A stretch of DNA of 62,861 nucleotides, filler included, from Sphacelaria rigidula (lineage: Eukaryota): assembly GCA_964200075.2 (NCBI GenBank). It is 5 parts of 5 records of this genome, joined end to end, with 100 filler letters (N's around TTAATTAATTAA, not from the genome) between each part and the next. Parts side by side here need not be neighbours in the genome. Positions count along the whole stretch, not along the records: positions 50,371 to 62,861 come from CAXNAA020003704.1; 4 more parts are not named here. One strand, written 5' to 3'. The notes below the pieces were generated by a model. It saw only the letters and a list, made by a program, of their open reading frames with translations. It was not told the origin of the DNA and ran no database searches. Both the position numbers and the translations under genes were made by a program. The first letter of the stretch is position 1. The number at the start of each line of letters is the position of its first letter. Shown here piece by piece: positions 50,444 to 62,861 of this stretch.

Positions 50444-51132
50444 ACTGGCAGATTTGGAATTTGAACAGCAGGAGAAGCTCGAAATAAACTTTCACGTTGC
50501 CCTCCAATTCATCCGGAAATCGGGCAAAAAGATATTTGTTGCGAACAGCGTCAGCTGGGCATGTCCCTCATACTACACCGTTATCAGCATATGGGATCCG
50601 ACAAGCAGAAAAAAATGTTTGAAGTAATTCATCCTCTTACCCCCCCGTCCATGCACGTTGGCTAAAGGATGAATAATTCTCAACAGCTTTTGCTGAATGA
50701 AGATCCGACACACTGATTACGATCGAGTGTATGTCCACACGCCTACGAGTTTAGATACGACGCTTCCGCTCCAGACGTGAATGTTTGGACGGTGTATACC
50801 TCGCATATGACTGCACATTGCTTTTGAAAACCCGGTGGTCCGCCGTCTACCAAAATCACTCAACCGAGTATGCTTTTGTTCAGAGAGGTTTTTGTTTGAT
50901 AGTTATTAGAATCACAAAATTAACACGTCGAAGAACGACAAATCAGGTTGCTCAGCAGGCAACCTGGCGCACTCCCGAGAACAAAATTGGGAGTTTAATT
51001 CTCACCCCTGCCACTTCTCGACCGTTTTTTTCTGCCAGTACCATGCACATGCTGTATGGAGTATATTGTATGCGTGCTGTAAAGACAAGGCTGCACAGCA
51101 TATTGACAGCGATGAATTCTACAAGGAGTGAC

Positions 51133-51293
51133 GAAACCCTGTGAAGCGCCCTGTGTGGCACAAAATAATACCCTACAGTCAAATCCCCGCGAGAAACCCT
51201 GCACAGTTTCCCTAAACCCTGTGAAGCGTATTGTGGGGCGCAAAAAAACAAACTAGAGCCAAATCCCCGCGAGAAACACTGCACAGTTTCCCT
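51133..51293. repeat. ~80-bp tandem duplication
   Basis: AAACCCTGTGAAGCG..CAAATCCCCGCGAGAAAC.CTGCACAGTTTCCCT occurs twice. Confidence 0.8.
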
Positions 51294-51854
51294 GAATACT
51301 GTAGACGTGCCCCATAGGGTGCTTTTTGTCCACGTGTGGAAGCCTCCACGTAGTTAGTAGTGATACCCTCTGCATCTGCACCCACCACTGCACACGTTCC
51401 TAACAGGCAACTTTTGTTTTTCCCTTGAACACACGTCCTGTGCATGCAGCTACCGTACAGTACCCCATTCGAGGAATTCGGTGATCTGGTTGGTGAGATA
51501 CCGCACAAAGCATTTTCACGCCTGGGTTGTACTCATGATCATGCATGCCATAGTCATAAGACCATTGATTTTCACGCCTGGGAGGGGGGTATTTCGACCT
51601 GAAACCGTTTCAGGCACTAATCGGTTTTTCCTGAAAGAGGGGATATTTTGTTGCAATGGACTGACTACGTCATTGCGATCAAATGATGTGTCAAATTGAT
51701 CGTGTAGTTGGCAGCTTTCATTGAAGCCACCGCTTCACCAGCTGGGCGCATTACTCCTTAAACTGGGGCGATGTCAAAATCGACGGGAAAGTCCATTGTT
51801 TCGGGTCTCACTCTGAATCCGATGTTACACTCTGAATCTCACGAATATAGTGTT

Positions 51855-53414
51855 AGAAGCGGTGACGGCAATATCGCCCCATTTTTCAACGACGCGTTCT
51901 GCAGCGCACAGAGGCGCGTCCTGTCCAAAAAGAGAGGCAGAAAAAAAACGATATTTGCATTGGTAAGCTCCACAGACAAAAGAGATGATACCTCGGCACT
52001 TCGATGTTCTTTAGGGGGCTGTGCAGCAATAACCCGCCTGCCGGCACAGTGGAAGCTGGGTGCATGCTGGTAACATGCTGGTAACATGCATGATGGCAGT
52101 CGCTCGAGCGATTGAGAATCGCCGAGCGAAGACACACAAAGGATACGGGCGAGGAGCTTCCTCTGTGTCATTAGTCCTCCGGTGGTATCGTCATCGACAC
52201 GTGTGTGCACCGCATTCGTTTTGTGCACCTAACCACAAGTGCTTCACTGCTGCAGATTTTTTGGGGGAAGATGGTTTCCCTTGGTGTCAGTGTTCCGCAC
52301 AACTCCTACAATAACGGTACGCCTCTTGAACCCCATTTCATCGTTCAACCCCCAAAATTAGAATCGGTTGTTATCTGCGGAATCCTTGAAATTGTCCGAT
52401 GTACACATCGCGACCATCATGTGAAACCCCTTGTAGTGTCCCCTGCCTCCACATTTCTCACAATTACGTTCAGGGCATTCCGATTTGAAATGATCGGTCT
52501 TACCACACTCGAAACAGGTTAGATTCTTCCTCACATTTTCTGTGTGTTTGATGGACTACTGCCGCTAGTATTTCCAGCCATACCGCCATTACCCTGAACC
52601 TTGCTAGTACTATGTGCTGTCGCTGGCTTTTGCGACCTATTCCCGCCCCCTTTTCTCTTTCCCTTGAGGGTGAAACTTTTGTTGTATGTGTAAAGGGCAT
52701 GGTTGTAAATCTGTACTACGCATACCACCTGTTTTTTTTAGAGATATTTATCTTTGAGAACGGCTCGTGTTGTATCCGTCAGCAACGACGGCTCGAAACG
52801 TAATTGATCTCGTACAGTGGTGTACTCAGGGCGAAGGAAAATTAAGAAACTCGTCCACGACAATCTCTTGAGCGATCTCCAATCCCAGCGATCTAGCACG
52901 CGACTGCAGTGACTATAGTCGGATCCAGAATACAGCAGTGTCTTGACCCTTGCTGTACTTTTGGTTGTTGAACTCGGCCAAAACATCCATCTTTGAGCCT
53001 GATGTTTTCGGAGGAGACTGTTCATCATCCAAAGCATGCCATACTATAGAAGAAGGTGATCGCGACTCGAAAAGTATATATGTCAGTCCGCACATTACCG
53101 TTTCGCGTCGGGTACTCCGCCGCATTTTCCACCAACAATCTCGGAACAGTACACTGGATATTACGCTCTTGCATCTCATGCTGTTCCCCATGAATCATAT
53201 TAGCACATAATCAACATGCCGTGTGTCGACAGGTGGGTTATTGCTGCACAACCCCCCGAACAAGATTAGGGTACCAAGGGTAGTCATCTCTCCTTGGCCA
53301 TGGCGCTGACCCATGCAAAATCGATTCCTCTCTGCCTCTCTTCGTGGACAGGACGCACCTGTGTGCACTGCAGAACACGTCGTCGAAAAGCAGGGCGATG
53401 GTCCCGTCATCACT
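51855..53414. repeat. ~190-bp inverted repeat pair (51855-52048, 53222-53414) enclosing a gag fragment
   Basis: GTTCTGCAG.GCACA.AGG.GCGTCCTGTCCA..AAGAGAGGCAGA and TGTGCAGCAATAACCC.CCTG are shared in opposite orientation. Confidence 0.8.
52400..53190 (-). pseudogene. Copia-type gag with CCHC zinc knuckle
   Basis: WHALDDEQSP.KTSGSKMDVLAEFNNQKYSKGQD, PEYTTVRDQL and CFECGKTDHFKSECP followed by CEKCGGRGH. Confidence 0.8.
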
Positions 53415-53595
53415 ACAGTTCTTTCACGCAAACATGCGAGCAAGGACAGTGTTGCGGCGATAAGAAGATCCAACCGCAACTTAGGGGTGCCATTGTCATT
53501 GTTGATTTTACCCGACCTCTGCACCTGTTCAAAACTAGGACAAGCGTCTGCCACACCCCAGTTGGGGGGATTCATGATAAATCAAACACTCACTC

Positions 53596-53790
53596 AACAA
53601 TGTTTTCGTGAGATTGAGAATCTACGATACGATTGAGAGCAGGCTTTTCATGGCTTTCAGCGGCCGGGGGTGTCTGCATCATTAATGGACAAAACGCTTA
53701 CCTCGCACATTGGTGCAAAATCCTACCGGCAAACCTGACAATGTTTCCGTGAAATCGAGCGTTGAAAGTACGATTGAGAGTGAGGTTTTA
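53596..53790 (+). mobile_element. Two truncated MITE family B termini (53596-53640, 53737-53790)
   Basis: ACAATGTTT(T/C)CGTGA..ACGATTGAGAG motif as at 56592. Confidence 0.6.
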
Positions 53791-53799
53791 TTCATAACA

Positions 53800-54290
53800 T
53801 GTCTCGCTTCGCCGGTTCCGATAATGAGACGAAAATTTGACATGTGTAGCACGTTGGAACATTCCTGCCACCCGTTGCCTGAATGGAATGGCAGATTAAT
53901 GTTTAAAAATGTTGCGCGCTGGCCCACAAGTCGCATTTGTGGAAAAATGCACCGTTCAAGATGTCTCCAAAGTAGTGCGAGTCGTGCGGTTCGAGTGAAA
54001 GATACGATTTAGCCAGGTTGTGCCCGAATTCATTCGCAAATGCAGTTGATGCCACCATTCGTCGTGTGGACTTGGGACTCGTGGGTATCTTAAAATCCCT
54101 TTTCTGTTCAACAATTTCGCCGCAGTTTCCGTCGTTGTTTTTGAAAGCGCAAGTCATCGCGTGTGATATGATTGCTGATACCCCGCCTTTTCGTGCCGAG
54201 AAAAGTCGCGAAATGTTGTGGGACCCTGGATTCTGTTCCATGATCTCACCCTCGATGGCAGAGGATCATAACAAATTCTCTTGCACGAAG
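53800..54290 (-). pseudogene. Possible CACTA/CMC (Tnp2-like) transposase remnant
   Basis: HYFGDILNGAFFH then, after a frameshift, FLNINLPFHSGNGWQECSN resembles DI.DG..F / NL.L...DG.Q.F. Confidence 0.4.
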
Positions 54291-54925
54291 CCAATGGAGC
54301 GCCTCCCGTCTATGAGCCGCAGCAAATCGATTTTGCCAGGGACTCTCGCCAACCGCATCGGATTTCCGAAAATGCACTCAAAACATGTGCCGACGGACCC
54401 ATCAAGAACAGCTGATAACCATCAACACGGGAAAACAAATACTACCGCATGAGCAAATTAGCTGCAAAACACCGGGAGCACTTGAAACTGGCTAACCAAA
54501 AACACACACCATACTGTGCTGAACAGCAATCAACGGTACAACGAACACCGGACGCTGGGTCTCGGTAGACTCCAAGACCACCGCTCCTGCTCCACCTCTA
54601 CCCCATCCGTGCTCCCCTCCTTGAGGGACGGTACGTGGTCTACACAAATCGCTGACTCTGCGCAATTTGATGTCACGCCGAGCGTCGACACTTGAAAAGA
54701 TGCGTCTTGCACGTCTTCTTCATGATCCTGCGGAAATGATTGATCGGGGGCAGCGTCGAAGGGTACGGGTGATCGCAAGAGTTAATGGGGCAGGTTACAG
54801 TCGATACCAGGTAACCAACTCTTATTGATCGGGGGCTTGCACCATCAGGTTCTGTGCAAAACAACGTTCCATATCTGAACTAACCATCATAGCACGTCCC
54901 TCCACGGACTTTCCATCGATTTGCT

Positions 54926-55249
54926 TCATTTCATTGTAAGTACCCTACGCGGGTCTGCTGCAGCCCGCGTAGCGTCATGCTTTCCGCCAGTTGTAGTGTA
55001 CCCGGAATGCTGCTTCACAGCATCAAGCAATTCATCGGGGGTCATAGCCCGACCGTCCTTGTACATGTCTGCGAAGCAGCGGTGACTGTAGACAAGGATG
55101 AGTTGCCCTATGTTTACTCTCTCATGCCATATAATTCCTTCTGAATTCGCTAGACTCGACCGCTGTACGTATTCAAGGTATCTTGCGAAAAAAACGTGAT
55201 GCCTCCTCGGTCCATACTTCACCATACTTTGGTGGCTGTAGTGGCTCAC
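54926..55249 (-). pseudogene. Gag-like remnant homologous to ORF 3561-4220
   Basis: FFARYLEYVQRSSLAN..IGQLI..CFADMYKDG..DELLDAVKQHSGY aligns with the contig-1 gag. Confidence 0.55.
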
Positions 55250-56002
55250 CTAACACCAGCGGCGCTGCCGCCTTTTGAGACATGCTGTCTATGCTTCAAA
55301 CACTTCGCGGAGAGACTCTTGCCTGACTTATGCATCCTCCAGCTCACGGAGCGTCCCCCTCTGCTGTGCGCTTCAAGTTGGTCTCCTCCTGTCTGTGGGC
55401 TAAACTGGCTCTAAGCTGCTGCCCAACTTTTCTCCTCCCGCCTCAACTCCTCTAACAGAGTGCCGGAAGAGTATCTAGATATTGTAGCCTCTGCCAGACG
55501 ATCTGGACAAGAGGACTATCCACGAGGGACTCCTCCAGTAGTACTGGCCTCGTGCCCGACAAGTCCTTTCTTCTTACTTGTTATTATAACGGAGTGATCC
55601 TCAACAGACCACGTCAAGAGCTAGACAGCAAGAGGCCACACAGATGAGGGCCATCAATCCAGGATCCCCTGTCCCCTGCGACTGCTTCAATAATGCATGC
55701 GATTATACAGAAACCTACGGCTTGGTATCATTTGGCTACAGTGGTTAGGAGCTCAATTCTATATTTTTATCTCTACGCAGGAATCTCCCGCAGCAAGAAA
55801 AAAGAGAAGAATAAAGTCAAAAGCGGTTTTGAAATTTCAGCAAAGAAGAGCATGTCATCACGCCATAACAAGAACAAAAACAACGTTGCCGCTTCTATCA
55901 CGAGTTTTTAACTTGCATACAAAAAAAATGTTGTAAACGTTTCTGGCAAAAACTACTTAATTTGGGCTGCGCACGCACCTTTTTGTATGAAACTGCTGCG
56001 CC

Positions 56003-56110
56003 CCGGTAGTCTAAGTGATGCAGGAGACTCCACTTATGGAAGTCACAAGTTCAAATCCCGACAGATACTCTTGATTGTCGCAGAATCTGGTTCCATCGTT
56101 GAGTGAGTAT
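56003..56110 (+). mobile_element. Possible tRNA-derived SINE head
   Basis: A-box-like GGTAGTCTAAGTGA and B-box-like AGTTCAAATCCC. Confidence 0.3.
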
Positions 56111-56591
56111 AGTATGCAGTATTTTCTCCCTTTCTTTTTAGCGGCAAAGAATGCATCAGAAGGTAGGTTGATCGGCAGTTCACGGCGGCATACTTACATC
56201 GGGTTGATTCCAGGAAAGTGAAAGCGTTATTCTCTGCCCAGGGTATGCACGTTTTTACGCTCGCCCAACTCCTAGAGGGCGAGAAACGAAACAGAGCGTA
56301 TCAGGTCTTCCTCGTGCCATCACAATGAACGTCCCTGGAACAACGCAAAAGCGGGAATCCGCTATGAAGTGATGCCGTGATAGCTCCCCCAAACCAGCAC
56401 TAAAAGTGTCACTAAGAAAATGATCATGCAGCGCATGATGACTGGTGTCAGACTGCATGACGCGCCTCATATGGGCGACACTGACGTATACGGGGTCTAA
56501 CAGGGGGAGTTTCTAGCTGCTCGGTGTGCTTGGCTTTTTTCGTCATTTTGATTTACATGCAGATTTCGCCTCCCCAAACCAGCCACTTTTT

Positions 56592-56891
56592 AACATTGTT
56601 TTCGTGATATTGAGAGTAGAGGATACGATTGAGAGTGAAAAGCGGTCAACTGATGAATGAATCGTTTCAGTTCCGAAATGCCCCTCCACGAGGCCCGATA
56701 TTCTTTCTGTAGTAGCTTGCCACTGAGGCGCTTGATATCACTGAGTACGATATCGACGTGTAGCTGTAAGCACACGGCAATGATAGAGGCAAAGAAGAGC
56801 ACACATGGAATGATAAGTAGGCCAAGTTAAAGCGAGTGACCAAGCTCACTCTCGATTCGCGCTCTACTCTCAATCTCACGAATACGTTGTT
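56592..56891. mobile_element. MITE family B, complete ~300 bp
   Basis: AACATTGTTTTCGTGATATTGAGAGTAGAG pairs with CTCTACTCTCAATCTCACGAATACGTTGTT. Confidence 0.75.
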
Positions 56892-59800
56892 TTTTCTGAG
56901 GGGAGAGGGTGGGGGGGGGAGGGGACTATCGCGGCACCAGTCGATGGAGTGCTCAGTGGTCTTCGCTATTAATAGTGGATAGCTCCTGCCCCACGGGCTC
57001 ACCTCTCCCCCCCCCGCGCTGCTTTATCGTGTTCGGTTCTTCATCGACCAGCCACAAAAGCAACAACAACAGTCGGTCGTATACACCCTGGCTGGTTGTT
57101 TGTTGTCGCCGTGAGTAGAACGCAATAAAATGTGTAATTGGCATACACACCTCTTGAATTGAGTCTGGGAAAAGTAACCAAAGATTACTCGTCAAATTAC
57201 AGTTTACAGAATCGGATCCTTCTCTCTCCACCCCCAACAACCCCCACTTATTTCTTGTACTCAACACGCCCGGAGAGATGCACCGAAGCACGAGCTCGTC
57301 ATTGGAACCGGCACAACTTATTTTTCACCGGTTGAGGACATCGAATCAGACCCAACTTGCTACTGCACTACTATAGTATCTTCCCCCCACAAAAGTTGCC
57401 ACCGCACGACGCTCCAGACTGCACGCACAGAATATACATGACCAATGAAAAAGTATGCATGGTGACAGGGTGGGAGGATATCAAACGAAGACAACCCAAC
57501 GCCACTACATGGTATACCGTAACACTCAGACTTTGTCCATTCAATCATCTCAACACATTACGAATGCAATGCGCTCGAGTTGCCATCCATCTCCCAGTGG
57601 GTCCCTTCATTAGCAACGGACACATCCAGATGCACCCCACCCGCCCGCCCACGTCACAGTTAATTTTGACTGCAATGCACAAAAAGGTTTTGGATATCCA
57701 ACTGTTTGAGAGCTTCACTCATCAAGCACGCCAGTAAATGACGGCGTCCCTCGCTCCAACGGCAATACTCCACTTTTAAATGTTTCAAATGCACCCAGCT
57801 CCCGGCAGACTTTTCGTGGGGTTGTACAGCAAACCCGCAATACTGTACTCACTCCACATCAACCAACACACGCATAGCACACCCCCGCCTATGAAACCAA
57901 AAGTTGGAATAAAGTTGGAATAAAGTTGGAGAAATATAGAGCAACAAGGGGAGAGGGTGTTTCCCAACAGCTTACTACCAACCAAAAGCAAACTCACCAC
58001 CATACACCCAAACCCACGCGATTCGACATGCAAAATCGATGACGCTTGTTAACTTGTTTCTACTGAGTCGACTATTAAGGTATACAGCACGCCTTTCCAC
58101 GCTTATTTTCGGGGCGTTTTCTTTTCCATCTTCACCTGCCGCATATGTACTGTACTGTTGCAGTACTTCATGTTTCCCGTTGTTCCACGCGCTACTCCGA
58201 TCAGTGAGTTTTTTATCCTGGTTTTTTTCGATTTGAGTAATTTATTCCTTGTATAGATCGTTCGTCGGTATGGTAAATACAGGCACAGCACGGTAGACAA
58301 AAGAAGCATGATATCCCCCCCCTCAAAGGTGGCCCGTACCGTATCAGGCCATTCGAACGCGAGGGGCTGGGGGGCGTACTCATACGCGAGGGGCTGGGGA
58401 GGGAGGAGGGGGGGGGGGAGGAATAAAAAAAACAGCATCTACAAACAACTAGAGAGGCAAGCATACCGTGCATGCAATCCATGCATCGCACATACCCCAG
58501 TACTCACTCATGTAAAGCAGTCCTTTACGCACGACTACATGGAACAACTTGAAAGGCAAGCACACTATTCGGTACATGTAGCGCTGACCCCAAGAATACT
58601 CAACCCATGTGGGACAGTCCTCTCACACGACTCGCACATGACTACCGCTACACGAGTCCTGGCATGAACGAAAATGAAACCGACACCCACGCCACCGGAA
58701 CGACCATCGTTCCGTCTCTTGACAAGCCACCAAAAGTCATGCATGAAGGTAAGGCTGTCAAACGTCAGGGGCAACAATGATCCATGTATATAGATGCATA
58801 GATAGCGCTTGAGATAACGGTAAACACTTACTTACCCGCGAGACCGTTCAAACACCAGGATGTACCCACCTTATGGTTGAGGGAGCAAAAGGTGGAGCAC
58901 GACAACTACTCCAACGAACAACGAATAAGACAACGAAAGGCACACTAATAAAAGGAAGGGACAACGCGAAAAAAATACTTAATAAGAACGCATGGCACGA
59001 ACACGTTCGTCTACGCACACACACACACAACACGCAACACGCAACACACCCGCGTTGTCCAACCTACGCCTCATACACGTGACGTTACTGCACATGTACA
59101 ACCCTACACACGAGAACCAGAGGGGGAACAACACAGGTACACCAGTACCGCCACACGCGAAGAAAATCAAACGAGAAAAAAAGCGGATCGAACGGGATCG
59201 TGAAATTGGACCATGACGAACAACGCGCCACGTAATCTGGCAAACATGACCCTCTGCACTTTTGCTGTACCCACAATAAAAAACCGCATTTTCTTTCACT
59301 AGAGAGGGAAATCAGACTGTTCCTCATTCCGTCATCTTCCTTCCTACTTGAATCCCCGCATCACCCCGAATTCCACAAAACAGCACCAGTCATACGAGTA
59401 GCCGCGGCGATAAATTTTACGGTTGTCTTCATATATCACCACCCCACGGCGTTTTTATCTACAACAACTACCCGGAATTCCGAACAGTTCTCCCTCTTGA
59501 CCTCTCTGTTTCTCACGATAGATTTGCATTCCCCCCCCCCCTCCACCCCCCCCCCTCCACCATCAGTTTTTGTTGGAGAAACGGGTAAATGTTGGGACGA
59601 CTGAGGAATTTTGACGACGACACAGGGAACGATGAACGAGATATTAGAGAGTTTCGGAAGACGCCTTTTTGTATTTCAAAGTGCAAATATTTCAGGATCA
59701 GAGTGCAGACTAAAAAAAAATCCCATCGACAAAAAGTTAAAGGAATACTACATTCAACGGAGGGGGGAAATAATTTTTCGTTTTCGTTACACTGTGATCC

Positions 59801-62259
59801 TGAAATATTTGCAATCTGAAACGACAAAAAAAAAATCCGAAACTATCCATTGTATTTCCGACGACTTCGCAGATAGACACTCCATCGAATTCAAGAGAAA
59901 ACAGAGAGAATTCTGCCGTCGACCCAAGCAATCAAACGGAAAGTACACTGGTAAGACGGAAATATCCGCCTACAAAAAGAACAGTTTTTGATGTACCCGA
60001 GTCCGGCAGAACGGGCTCTCTCCCCGTGAAACGTCACCCAATTTCTCCCGAAGAACGAACCTATTCGTAGGTCCCCTTTGCGCAGCAGCAGCAGCAGCAG
60101 CAATAACAGCAGTAGCGGAGCACTATCTGCGGGAATCCGACACACTCTTTACTTCCAAAGGGCAAGGGGCAAGCACCTGTCGTCCAAAAAATGTCGGAAC
60201 TCCGACGAGAAAGACTAGAACCAAAAATCAACACTCTTCGCCACTGCTGCCATATTTAATACTAGTCAAAATCATGCATCAATCTTCTCCAACTCCGGGA
60301 AATCCGAGATAGGCACCTACCATAAGAAGGGGAAAAAAAAATACGCCCATAGCTGAGACTCCCCGCCCTAGTTCCCCTACATGACTGTCTGACCATTTGG
60401 TTTCCAACATTCAGATGAAATCAGAATGTAAAAAGAACTATCTCCGGGAAATTACCTCGAATATTTCGATATGGTCCAAGTACAAAACTGAAACTAAGAA
60501 AAAAAAAAACATTTTCTTTTCTTTTTTTTCGCACCCCTACCCCAACCCTTCCTCCCACTTCCACCGCTTGTTCTCGTTTCCCCCCCCAAAAAAATCAAAG
60601 AGGACTGCGCCAGTAGGGGTTACAAATAACGGAAACTACCACAAAATCACATCCAACACAAGCAAGTCACGCCAATAACAAACAACACAACCAGGTTCGG
60701 AAACCATTTTTGTTCTTTCCATCTCAGCGGAACGTGACTTTCAACCATTCCTGGTGTCTCTGTGTGCAGGTGCACATCTCACGAGTCAGAACATTTCGAC
60801 ACCCCTCTTTGCTTCTTTCATCGGACATGAAAAAAAAAAAAATGTAAAATGTGAGAAAAACATAAACAGGGCCTCCACGCTGTCCAGATAATGATATGTC
60901 CCTCAGTGAGGGGGAAAATCACACTACTTTCGGGCTATACCGATCAGGAGAGATGAGAGCTTGGTACCGTACCGGAAAGCAAACAGATGGAGCAGTTTGT
61001 TTGCGTATCTCACGTGCAAAAGCATATACGAAGACAAGGAAGAAAAAAAAGAGCAATGGCAAGACAAGAAGTAGAAGACCAAAAGCGAGCCCAAAAAGAA
61101 AAAAATTGTGTAGTGCCGTAATCACGGCACGCACACAACACACGGGACACCAGCACACGGGACAACGAAACACGGGACAAGTACAGCAACAACACGGAAA
61201 AGAACAGGTGGTGGAAACAGAAGCACCAATTTAAGAAAAGAAGGAGAACGCCAACCACAAGCTGGCGAGAAGCACAGCTGTGACAAGAGCAATAACACAC
61301 ACATACACACACACAAGGGGGGCCGACGCCAACAGCACAGTACATACGGGAAACACACGACACACGCAAGGGGAGCAGATGCAACCGGACGCTTGGGAAC
61401 AAGTGACAAGGCCTCTCAACACGAAATCGGGGGTTCGTTTCGTGCGTGTGTTTGGTTACTTGACACACGCCGCAGGGCATCGGAAAACCCCATTAAAGTA
61501 AAGAAGACAGCACCATCTAAAACACAATCGTAAAAAAAACACCACCACCAGTAGCTGCCCGTAAAAATACAAGCGAAACAAGCATCTATTGCCTCAAACC
61601 ATAAATTACGATTCACAAGGACTTTTATTCTCGTTATTCTTCTCATTTTCGATATAATAACAAAAAACTCACCATGCTAACCGCGATGCCACTGCCCATT
61701 TTTCTGGTCAGGGGGGGGGGGGGGGGGGGGAGGATACTTGCATGATCAGAGTCACCAGCTTCCCACACAAACGAATCCCAGAGGTATCTCTCGAAGACAA
61801 GTGAACACAAATCTCCCAAATCGACATTGGAGAACGCGCCTCCTTCCACAAATCCACGCAACAGGCCTTCCTACCTTTCCCTTCACTCAAAACATGAAAG
61901 AGATGAGAGAGAAGGTCGGTCTCCTGAGAGATTTCACCCAAGACACAATTCGCGGCCCACTGCTTCCAACGAACAAAATGAAAATAACAGCAAGGACAAA
62001 ACGCAGGCGAACTTGATCAGAGAAATATCCCAACTCTTTCCTTCACGGCTGAGACTGGCATAGGGAAAAGGGGAGAAAGAACAGGAGACGCTTCCGCTTC
62101 ATGCCATGCCATGCTGAGTTGAGTAGCATCGAGAAAAGGATAGCTGAAGAGCAAGAACGATCACTGGCCCGCTGCCGCTCCGATCCCCACTCTCATCCCC
62201 CTCCCTCGCCGACAGAAATGAATCTTAGATTCATTTCTTCCCTCGCCCCCCCTCGGGCA

Positions 62260-62861
62260 TCAGGGAAGAGGTGGCGGAGAGGCAGCACCGTCGAAGCGAA
62301 GGATATCGTGCAGATCATAACCATCTTCCGCGCAGTGATTCCACTCGAAGTTGTCGTAGATGTAGTCCAGACTGTTCACTCGGGCGTCGATAAGCTCCAG
62401 TACGTTTCTGTTGGTGAGGGTGTTGCCGCGCTCGCCCGAGTCTTGCCCGCCCACGCGGACGGCGGTACTGACCTGTCATCGTGCCATCATTTAATCACCC
62501 GTTCGTACGGTCATGCTCCATTACCATATATCTGTCGCGTCTCGCTCGAGGTCAATCATCAAGGTGCGTCTGTGTCAAGGGTGGTTGAGTGAGCAAACTA
62601 CCAAATGAAACGATCACTGAAAGCATGGCGCGTGCGCGGGGGGCTGGGGCGGGGGAGGGAGCGATGTACTCATGACCTTGCATGCCGTAGCCACATGACC
62701 ATTGACCTCGCATCCCTACGAAGCCGGGGCGGAGCACGCCAGGTTTCAGCCGGATCAGGCTCGCAGTCAATCACCAAGCGCAAAGCGCCGTGATGTGTTC
62801 GGCGACTCGCATGAAGGGTGAGCTGCATCCTGCGAAGATTGTTCGGCCCGCGGCGTCCTGA
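62260..62861 (-). repeat. Multicopy repeat, copy 3, with downstream coding-like sequence
   Basis: 62770-62850 is the reverse complement of the contig 2 and 3 end repeat; frame reads GPNNLRRMQLTLHASRRTHHGALRLVIDCEP. Confidence 0.7.

Noticed and set aside
53800-54241. Cytosine-5 DNA methyltransferase remnant (LFSARKGG, FGDI, KCDL)
   Set aside because: FxGxG spacing is wrong and no PC or ENV motif is present; a CACTA/CMC transposase pattern fits better. An HMM search would settle it.
50371-56664. One 6.3-kb element bounded by inverted repeats
   Set aside because: The repeats face outward; they are ends of separate MITE-B copies, and 56592 pairs with 56891.

Overview
Eukaryotic, repeat-dense DNA, most likely a stramenopile such as a brown alga (inferred from GT-AG introns, TTAGGG-type repeats and the protein families seen). 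It is not one locus: five size-sorted ~12.49-kb contigs (1-12493, 12594-25086, 25187-37678, 37779-50270, 50371-62861) are joined by 100-nt N/TTAATTAATTAA spacers. Contig 1 has a gag remnant, a complete pol-less LTR element with a 4-bp TSD, nested MITEs and a Copia-type gag. Contig 2 has a decayed KDZ-like transposase beside the last six exons of an apparently intact multi-pass membrane protein gene. Contig 3 has an Academ-like transposase, a hAT-like remnant and a TIR element built of palindromic 39-bp repeats. Contig 4 has a decayed Fanzor2/TnpB-like gene, a SINE, a TGT..ACA MITE carrying telomeric repeats, an RTE LINE and a Gypsy integrase tail with chromo- and Tudor-like domains. Contig 5 has gag and CACTA-like remnants and MITEs. 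The best leads are the Fanzor-like relic, a C-terminal module shared by the KDZ-like and Academ-like elements, and the telomere-repeat MITE. All family assignments come from motif recognition by eye; no searches were run.
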